Below are positions 1-5,438 of a DNA stretch of 17,639 nucleotides, piece by piece. Source of the DNA: a virus; the IMG/VR virus record IMGVR_UViG_3300045988_035295. One strand, written 5' to 3'. The position numbers and the translations under genes are program-made. Below the pieces are notes generated by a model. That model was not told the origin of the DNA, did not search any database, and worked only from the letters and a program-made list of their open reading frames with translations. Each line of letters starts with the position of its first letter. Position 1 is the stretch's first letter.

Positions 1-329
1 AAAAGGAGGGGTGGGGTCCCTGTGGTTAGCCTTTTTCCAGTGCTGCTTTGTTGTGTGTTTTGTTCTTGTGTTTTGTTCTGTGTTTTTTGTTGTTTTTCTT
101 GTTTTGTTGTTTGTTGTTGTTTCTGTTGTTTTCTGTTTTGTCGCGTTCTTTTCTGTTGTCAATTTTGTGTGTTGTTTTGTTTCAGATTTTTAGCGTGTGG
201 TTTTGTCTGTAATTTAAGCGCATGGTTTTTTATCGTTTTTTTTGTGTTGTTCGGCGTGTTGTGTTTTGTGGTGGTGTATTATGTAATTGTCAACCAAGGA
301 ATGTAGAAAAGGGATGGTGGTTGAGATGA
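1..329. repeat. Left inverted terminal repeat (ITR-L), 329 bp
   Basis: Positions 1-329 are the reverse complement of 17311-17639. ORF-track translations 11..193 and 22..306 (+) are identical to 17447..17629 and 17334..17618 (-). Identity ends at 330 (t), where the complement of 17310 is c. The repeat begins exactly at the window edge with 5'-AAAAGGAGGGG. Confidence 0.95.
54..92. repeat. 13-bp tandem repeat inside the ITR (TGTGTTTTGTTCT twice, then degenerate copies)
   Basis: TGTGTTTTGTTCT occurs at 54-66 and again at 67-79. A degenerate GTGTTTTTTGTTG follows at 80-92. Related TTCTGTTGT units occur at 121-129 and 151-159. All of this is mirrored in ITR-R. Confidence 0.8.
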
Positions 330-511
330 TGTGTCGTCAAGACATTGAGAATGAGGTTATTGATTACATTCGCAACAGTGGTGAGCGCGTTGTGGGTTAT
401 GATGTTGATGCTATTGTGGATTGTCTTGTTGTTATGTATGATCGTAAGGGTGTCGAGTTTTATCGTTATTGTTTTGAGGTTGTGGTTTTTATGAATCGTG
501 TAGCTGAGTGA
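287..511 (+). CDS. Hypothetical early protein; the 5' end lies inside ITR-L
   Basis: 74-aa ORF from TTG at 287, with in-frame ATGs at 314 and 326. The ATG at 326 has GGTGG 5 nt upstream, so the true start is ambiguous. The strong RBS of the next gene follows 22 nt downstream, which looks like an operon. No recognisable motif. Confidence 0.5.
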   Translation: MSTKECRKGMVVEMMCRQDIENEVIDYIRNSGERVVGYDVDAIVDCLVVMYDRKGVEFYRYCFEVVVFMNRVAE

Positions 512-532
512 GTAATAAGGGAGGGGGAGTTA

Positions 533-793
533 ATGTGGTGTTTTACTGTTACGCCTGATGATTTTACGGGATATGAGCTTACGTCTGAGCATGTGAGGTC
601 GTATGGCCCTTATCCGGCGGATACGTTTAATAAGGCGTTGGATGGCGTGCTTGATGTTGTTCGCCATGCGTTTGCCGGGTTTGATGTGTGTATTGGTTTT
701 GCTTATTCCTCGTTTGACTTAGAAACGGGGTTTTTGAATGGTATTGTCGAGGTGCGTTTGTTGTCTGAGGGGGTGTTTGATGATGGTGAGTGA
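533..793 (+). CDS. Hypothetical early protein (86 aa)
   Basis: ATG preceded by a strong SD (AAGGGAGGGGGAG, 4-nt spacer). It is tightly packed with its neighbours. No recognisable motif. Confidence 0.65.
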   Translation: MWCFTVTPDDFTGYELTSEHVRSYGPYPADTFNKALDGVLDVVRHAFAGFDVCIGFAYSSFDLETGFLNGIVEVRLLSEGVFDDGE

Positions 794-1031
794 TGAGGTT
801 GTGGCCGTGTTTCCGTCCAAGTTTAAGGATGGTGACGTACGGGTGGTGTATTGTCCTCATAATCGGACGTATGAGCTGCGATATGCGGTGCTGTTGGGGT
901 CTCAGGTTGGCAGCAGGCGTCGTTTGGTTTGGTCGGCTGTGGCGTTTGATGCGTGTGATTACGTGCAGGTGGCTCATATGCTGATTGATGCGAGGGCGTT
1001 GGCTGATATGTTGTTGTTGGAGAGGTGTTGA
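780..1031 (+). CDS. Hypothetical early protein (83 aa)
   Basis: In-frame ATGATG at 780 inside ORF 738..1031, preceded by GAGGGGG with a 6-nt spacer. It overlaps the upstream stop by 14 nt. I preferred this start over 738 because of the SD. Confidence 0.55.
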   Translation: MMVSDEVVAVFPSKFKDGDVRVVYCPHNRTYELRYAVLLGSQVGSRRRLVWSAVAFDACDYVQVAHMLIDARALADMLLLERC

Positions 1032-1033
1032 TT

Positions 1034-1543
1034 ATGAAGAGTAATGATGATCGTTCGAATTGGTTTGATGACGGTATTTTGGATGATGACCGCGTGCGCC
1101 GTGTTGTTCGTGGCCGTCGGCGTAATCTGCACTTGAGGGAATATAACCGTGGCGGGGGCGATTGGGAAACGTTTTGCCGTACTATAGCACTGCTCAAGGA
1201 CTTCTACAAGCCCCAAGGTGGTCAGGTGGCGTTTGCTGACAGCATCGAACATGCGGGGAACATTTGTCTAAGCATTTCGCCAAGTTCGTCAATGTACGCC
1301 GCATTGTCACGAACGCAGGACATTGAAATGTTGTCCGGGCTTATTTACTGTCCTGCGATGGTGGCGTGGTGCGCGGTCTGTTACGTCAAGGGTGCGACTT
1401 GCTATGAGATGTGCCGGACGTGGGAGGGTGTTGAGTTCGCTCAGTCTGTCATCAAAATTGCGTGTCTCTGTTTTGACGGTTTGACCGATGTACGGTATAC
1501 TGATGAAGACATTGCAAGAATGTCACGACAGCAGCAACATTGA
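1034..1543 (+). CDS. Hypothetical Cys-rich early protein (169 aa)
   Basis: ATG at 1034 with GGAGAGG 8 nt upstream. The ORF track start at 1025 is a TTG without an SD. Base composition shifts from C-poor to balanced inside this ORF, near 1080. Confidence 0.6.
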   Translation: MKSNDDRSNWFDDGILDDDRVRRVVRGRRRNLHLREYNRGGGDWETFCRTIALLKDFYKPQGGQVAFADSIEHAGNICLSISPSSSMYAALSRTQDIEMLSGLIYCPAMVAWCAVCYVKGATCYEMCRTWEGVEFAQSVIKIACLCFDGLTDVRYTDEDIARMSRQQQH

Positions 1544-1560
1544 AATAAGGTGGTATAATT

Positions 1561-1872
1561 ATGGCATATATTAAGCGAGCCAAGCACTATAGTATTGTGC
1601 GCGGCGTTACGCGCAGTGAAAACGGCGAACTCGTGGACACCGAAGTAGTCGTGGATGGCGCGTGCCGCACGGCTGACATGGCTATGAAAAAAGCCCGCAA
1701 GATTAACAAGGATATGCTTCCCATGTCCGCCGAGTATCATGCTCAAGCAACGCGCATGGATGAGGCAATCTATTGGGCTAATTGTGAGTTTGGAGATGAT
1801 ACCATTGTCAACTATCCGGGGTCGGTTAACGGCAACGTGGTTGAAGATGATATCATTTCCGAGGAAAAATAA
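1561..1872 (+). CDS. Putative phi29 p6-like dsDNA-binding (histone-like) protein, 103 aa
   Basis: SD AAGGTGG lies upstream. Its size (103 vs 104 aa), acidic C-terminal tail (VVEDDIISEEK) and position directly upstream of the SSB-like gene all match phi29 gene 6. By-eye similarity to p6 is weak: (D/N)GE(V/L) near the N-terminus, a basic MKKARK segment and a Y/F..A segment. Confidence 0.4.
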   Translation: MAYIKRAKHYSIVRGVTRSENGELVDTEVVVDGACRTADMAMKKARKINKDMLPMSAEYHAQATRMDEAIYWANCEFGDDTIVNYPGSVNGNVVEDDIISEEK

Positions 1873-1904
1873 TCACTAACCCTATAAGGAAAGGCAACAC
1901 ACAC

Positions 1905-2342
1905 ATGGCTGACAACGAACTGGCCGTAACGAACGGCAACAATTTTGCGGCTAACGGCGCTAACGCTGTATCCCATTTCTTCAACACTGACACTATGGAG
2001 GGCAAAATGGCGTTGTACAACGCCATGCAGACCTCCGATAAGGTGGACGAACATCTCAATGAACCTTTGCATGTGACCAACGTGCTTGCGCAGGCCATTG
2101 AGGTGGCCAACCAAGAGACCGGTGAAATCAACTCATCTACCCGTGTTGTTATCCACGCGGAGGAAGGCGACTTTGCCGCCGCCTCCCCCACGTTGGCACA
2201 CGCTTTCGGCAATTTGTTCGCGATTTTCGGTACGCCGGACACGTGGGGTCATCCTCTTGTGCTTAAGGTGGTTGAGAAGAAGAGTCGCCGTGGCTATAAG
2301 TTCTTCGACCTTGAACTTGTGTCAGGAAAAGACCGCAAGTAA
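1905..2342 (+). CDS. Putative phi29 p5-like single-stranded DNA-binding protein, 145 aa
   Basis: By-eye alignment to remembered phi29 p5. FNTDTMEGK matches FDTETLEGQ, LYNA matches IFNA, and LKVVEKKSRRGYKFFDLEL matches VKVVQGTSSKGNVFFSLQL at the C-terminus. The gene is followed by a strong hairpin terminator. Confidence 0.65.
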   Translation: MADNELAVTNGNNFAANGANAVSHFFNTDTMEGKMALYNAMQTSDKVDEHLNEPLHVTNVLAQAIEVANQETGEINSSTRVVIHAEEGDFAAASPTLAHAFGNLFAIFGTPDTWGHPLVLKVVEKKSRRGYKFFDLELVSGKDRK

Positions 2343-2404
2343 GCTAATTGCCCGCACCATATGATAACATGGTAATGTCCTTATAGGGATGTTGCCGCCA
2401 AACT

Positions 2405-2450
2405 CACCCCTCGCTGTTTTTTCCATCCCTGCGGCGAGGGGTGTTTTATA
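2405..2450 (+). terminator. Rho-independent terminator or attenuator between the SSB-like and TP genes
   Basis: Perfect 10-bp stem CACCCCTCGC (2405-2414) with GCGAGGGGTG (2434-2443), a 19-nt loop, then TTTTAT. Confidence 0.6.
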
Positions 2451-2469
2451 CTCGCAAGGAGAGAAGGCT

Positions 2470-3414
2470 GTGGCAAAACGCAAAACCAACCGACGCGCCA
2501 ACAATCTGAAACGCAACGCCGCCATCAGGTCAGCACAGGTACGCCGAGAGCAAGCGGTCAGGGATTATAGTACCGGACATCTCCCCAAGAAAATCACCGA
2601 AACGTTTCTAGGAAAACTCAGCGCCCAGCAACTCGAACAGGTTGCGCGCCGCATCGGGCAGGAATTCGGGGAACAACAGCAAGCCTTGAGAGCGCGGGAT
2701 AACGAGCCGTATCAAGTTACCCCCGACGTGCATATCACGAAATTTGACCGAGAGATGGCGGCGCGTCCGTTGATCACCGACGCGGAAGTCGCCGCCGCTC
2801 CGCCGAAACGTCGGAAAACATTACGACAGCAACAGCGCCGCCGTATCGAAGCACGGCAGAAAATCAAACGCGCCCAACAATTCGATGCATTGACTATGGC
2901 CCGCTACACAGTGGGTGAAATACGCGAAATGGAACGCGCGGGGGAATCTCCTTTTGATGTGTTGGGTACTCATACGGTTGGCGGTTCGGCGCGCGACGAA
3001 CTCACACGCAACCGGGCAAACGTGTTCGGCTCGGAGCGCGGCATAAGCCACGCGCGTATGATGATACGAGAAGGGGGTAGAAGGAAACTTGAACGAGAGC
3101 TACTTGAATACGCCGGGCTTATAGGACGCGCGCCATTACACGCAGGTACTGGAAAAATTCCCGAGAATGAAGGAGTCACGGATTTTAATAAGGTCGCACA
3201 GCGACTTGAAGCATTCGACTCCAGCATAGCCCAAAAATTCGCGTCTTTGTCGAACCGTCAAAAACGATGGCTGATAAACAACACGAACTTTAGCACCGTG
3301 GTACGTGAAGCCGCATGGTATAATGATAAAACACATAAATGGGAGACAAAGGCGAGTGCGGGCGATGTAGAAACACGACTCGATGAATGGATGGCCGGCG
3401 CGGCACGACACTAA
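2470..3414 (+). CDS. Candidate terminal protein (TP), 314 aa, highly basic
   Basis: GTG at 2470 with AAGGAGAG 6 nt upstream. The ORF-track start at 2389 lies inside the terminator hairpin. The gene sits immediately upstream of the protein-primed polymerase, as phi29 gene 3 does. It has an Arg/Lys-rich N-terminus (AKRKTNRRANNLKRN) and an internal KRRKTLRQQQRRRIEARQKIKR. I see no direct sequence similarity to phi29 TP. Confidence 0.55.
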   Translation: MAKRKTNRRANNLKRNAAIRSAQVRREQAVRDYSTGHLPKKITETFLGKLSAQQLEQVARRIGQEFGEQQQALRARDNEPYQVTPDVHITKFDREMAARPLITDAEVAAAPPKRRKTLRQQQRRRIEARQKIKRAQQFDALTMARYTVGEIREMERAGESPFDVLGTHTVGGSARDELTRNRANVFGSERGISHARMMIREGGRRKLERELLEYAGLIGRAPLHAGTGKIPENEGVTDFNKVAQRLEAFDSSIAQKFASLSNRQKRWLINNTNFSTVVREAAWYNDKTHKWETKASAGDVETRLDEWMAGAARH

Positions 3415-3426
3415 AAGGATGGAATC

Positions 3427-4887
3427 ATGAAAGAGCGTCGGACGGCGGCGACAGACGGCGCAACACTATTGACAGATGACGGCATGGAACCATTAACGGC
3501 AACCGCCATTATCCGTCTCACCATGCTCGGCCACCATACGAGAGTATGGTGCGCCCACGGATGGCAGGACATCAAGCCCATAGCCGCCGAACTGTTGAAA
3601 CGACTCCCCCTACAGTCAAACCCAGCCAAGGACGGTGTGTGGGGCACGTTCAATATTCGCGGACATTTTTACAGTTTCCGTGTGCGCATGGGCGGCATCA
3701 CCGTGGATTTTGTGGACGTGCGCAACGTCACGCGCGATGATGGTCTGAATGTTTCACGTGAAACATTCGGAGGGTCCACCGACTTGGAAACCACGTGGAA
3801 CATCGCACAGGAATGCGCCGCCCTGCACCTCAGGGGCACCACGATAGCATCCATGGCGATGACCGACTATATCGGCGGGGATTACGCCGGATTCAAACGT
3901 CATTTTCCACCATTGGATAAAGAGGTTTATCATCGGATGCGCCTCGCCTACTACGGGGCGATAGTGTACAGCAAGCCGGGCGAATACCGGGATTGCCGGA
4001 GTTGGGATGTGAACAGTCTCTACCCGAGTATCATGCGCGATGCGCCCATGCCGGTAGGCTCCCCCATATGGTACGGCGGCGAATATCGATACGACAATGA
4101 TTATCCGCTGCATATCGATGTCATCACGTTTGATGCAAGGTTAAAAACGGGAAAAACAGCGACACTCACCAATATTCTGCCCGTATGGGGGTATGAGGGC
4201 AAACGCTTGGATAGTACGTTGGGCGCCATCACATTGCCGGTCACGGAGGTGGATTGGGAGACGCTGGCCGAAAACTATGGCATCCACGTGTGGGAGCATG
4301 TCGGCGGCTGGAAGTTCCGCAAATCACACGGGCTTTATTATACGTATGTGGACAAATGGTTTCACGTGAAACAGACCGCAACCGGGGAGCGCAGGCAGAT
4401 GGCGAAACTGTTGTTGAACTCGCTGGTGGGGAAATTCGGGGCCTCGCTCTACCGGCCCATGTTGCATCCGAAACCGTCCGTGGATGGCGGCGTGGATTTC
4501 ACCGTGGACAAACCCGAGTCGGCCAACAGTCTGGCATGGTTGCCGGCCGCCGCGTATGTCAACGCCTACGGGAGGCGAATACTGTCGCGTGCGATGAACG
4601 CGAACGCCGGGCGCGTGCTCTACGCCGATACTGACGGCATGATATTGGAGGGGCTGGACGTGCCTATGGGCATCGAAACGGATGACCGGAAACTAGGCGC
4701 GTGGAAAAACGACCACACCTATGGCAGACTCCGTATCCTAGGCAATCGCAAATATTGCGGCGTGGAAACAGATGGCGACACCGTCATGCGTCTGAGCGGC
4801 GTGCACCGCGCCGCTCCCATCCCCTATGATGAGTTCCTACCCGGATCACGTCATCTCAATGACGATGGCCACACTTTTATGCTATAA
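3427..4887 (+). CDS. Family-B protein-primed DNA polymerase (phi29 gp2-like), 486 aa
   Basis: SD AAGGA lies 7 nt upstream. Motif A is DVNSLYPS (4006-4029), motif B is KLLLNSLVGKFG (4405-4440), motif C is YADTDG (4621-4638), and a KxY motif occurs as NRKYCG. phi29-specific matches include DKEV..AY.G, P.G.PI...G.Y..D.DYPLHI and a TPR2-like insertion between motifs B and C. Confidence 0.93.
   Translation: MKERRTAATDGATLLTDDGMEPLTATAIIRLTMLGHHTRVWCAHGWQDIKPIAAELLKRLPLQSNPAKDGVWGTFNIRGHFYSFRVRMGGITVDFVDVRNVTRDDGLNVSRETFGGSTDLETTWNIAQECAALHLRGTTIASMAMTDYIGGDYAGFKRHFPPLDKEVYHRMRLAYYGAIVYSKPGEYRDCRSWDVNSLYPSIMRDAPMPVGSPIWYGGEYRYDNDYPLHIDVITFDARLKTGKTATLTNILPVWGYEGKRLDSTLGAITLPVTEVDWETLAENYGIHVWEHVGGWKFRKSHGLYYTYVDKWFHVKQTATGERRQMAKLLLNSLVGKFGASLYRPMLHPKPSVDGGVDFTVDKPESANSLAWLPAAAYVNAYGRRILSRAMNANAGRVLYADTDGMILEGLDVPMGIETDDRKLGAWKNDHTYGRLRILGNRKYCGVETDGDTVMRLSGVHRAAPIPYDEFLPGSRHLNDDGHTFML
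3747..3768. promoter_or_regulatory. Perfect 22-bp palindrome GAATGTTTCACGTGAAACATTC (motif copy 1, inside the pol gene)
   Basis: The sequence is its own reverse complement and shares the core GTTTCACGTGAAAC with copies at 4359 and 7422. Confidence 0.7.
4359..4372. promoter_or_regulatory. Perfect 14-bp palindrome GTTTCACGTGAAAC (motif copy 2, inside the pol gene)
   Basis: The sequence is its own reverse complement. Its reading-frame register (TTT CAC GTG AAA) differs from copy 1 (GTT TCA CGT GAA). Confidence 0.7.
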
Positions 4888-4888
4888 T
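4880..4888 (+). promoter_or_regulatory. Extended -10 element TGCTATAAT overlapping the pol stop codon
   Basis: TGnTATAAT at 4880-4888. A weak -35-like ATGACG lies about 18 nt upstream. The element opens a 180-nt non-coding region upstream of the structural genes. Confidence 0.4.
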
Positions 4889-5026
4889 ATCCGGTAGCGG
4901 GGTGTGCGTCCCTAGTCGATTCGATGGCCCGACCGTAAGGCGAGTCGGTGAGGCGATTCGGTCGGATGTAGACGTGCGTAGCCAGCGCCCAGCGACGGCG
5001 AGAGAACCCGCACAGCCCAGCAACCC

Positions 5027-5054
5027 GGCATGACGGCGTGATTGCCGTCATGCC
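5027..5054 (+). other. Perfect 11-bp stem hairpin, 6-nt loop
   Basis: GGCATGACGGC (5027-5037) pairs with GCCGTCATGCC (5044-5054), loop GTGATT. It is followed by ACTTACTTT, a poor U-tract. It could be a terminator or the 3' stem of a structured RNA. Confidence 0.6.
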
Positions 5055-5074
5055 ACTTACTTTAAGAGGTGATT

Positions 5075-5416
5075 ATGGACGATACCGAAAACGATGACAA
5101 GCCGGACACCACGCCCGACACCGAGCCGGACGCCAACGCCGCCGACAATACGCCGAACCCGGAGTCTGAAACGCGGAACGACAGCGAACCGGAAGACGCT
5201 GACGATGACAAGAACGCCGACATGGCCAACCGTCTCAGCGCTCTGGAAGCGACCGTGGCCGAACTCTCCAAGACCATTGAAGAGATGCGCGACGCCGCCG
5301 CTGACCATGTGCTGAACGATGGGCCGAACGGCGACGAAGAACCGAATGCCACGGAAATGACCGACGATGATTACAACGGTACCTATTCCACGTTCGATGA
5401 CCTATTTGAAGACTAA
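5075..5416 (+). CDS. Putative scaffolding protein (phi29 gp7-like position), 113 aa, very acidic
   Basis: ATG at 5075 with AAGAGG 5 nt upstream. It lies directly upstream of the capsid gene. It has D/E-rich ends and a central helical segment (ANRLSALEATVAELSKTIEEMRDAAA). The call rests on position and composition. Confidence 0.5.
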   Translation: MDDTENDDKPDTTPDTEPDANAADNTPNPESETRNDSEPEDADDDKNADMANRLSALEATVAELSKTIEEMRDAAADHVLNDGPNGDEEPNATEMTDDDYNGTYSTFDDLFED

Positions 5417-5438
5417 TGATCAAGAAGGATTGATTATC

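Noticed and set aside
41-290. Possible CRISPR-like or satellite array, given the short repeated units in the terminal regions.
   Set aside because: The units are 9-13 bp, degenerate and contiguous, with no unique spacers. The whole block is simply the interior of the ITR. It is not a repeat-spacer architecture.
11-306. ORFs 11..193 and 22..306, with their mirror images 17447..17629 and 17334..17618. They encode F/V/C/L-only polypeptides inside the ITRs.
   Set aside because: The translations are by-products of the G+T-only low-complexity repeat. They have no SD at a proper distance, overlap each other in different frames and lie within the replication origin repeats. I treat them as non-coding.
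1551-1559. TGGTATAAT extended -10-like box immediately before the ATG at 1561.
   Set aside because: A transcript initiated from it would start downstream of the start codon it abuts. It overlaps the SD (AAGGTGG) and is more likely fortuitous. I keep it only as a caveat for the other extended -10 calls.
2389-2469. Upstream start at 2389 for the TP candidate.
   Set aside because: That part of the ORF spans the 2405-2443 terminator hairpin. The GTG at 2470 has a canonical AAGGAGAG SD and begins the basic N-terminus.
3412-3429. The TP and polymerase ORFs share a reading frame and are separated only by TAA plus four codons, which could allow a read-through TP-pol fusion.
   Set aside because: A good SD (AAGGA) and an ATG start the polymerase independently. 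TAA is a strong stop, and nothing resembling a read-through signal is visible. The shared frame is most simply coincidental.
3781-3795. D-L-E-T-T in the polymerase (residues 119-123) looks like the phi29 Exo I motif D-F-E-T-T.
   Set aside because: It lies only about 15 residues before the start of the palm-proximal region, after the segments that align with Exo II. It therefore cannot be Exo I in a canonical domain order. In the collinear alignment it falls next to the Exo III position instead. It is still worth checking in a structural model.
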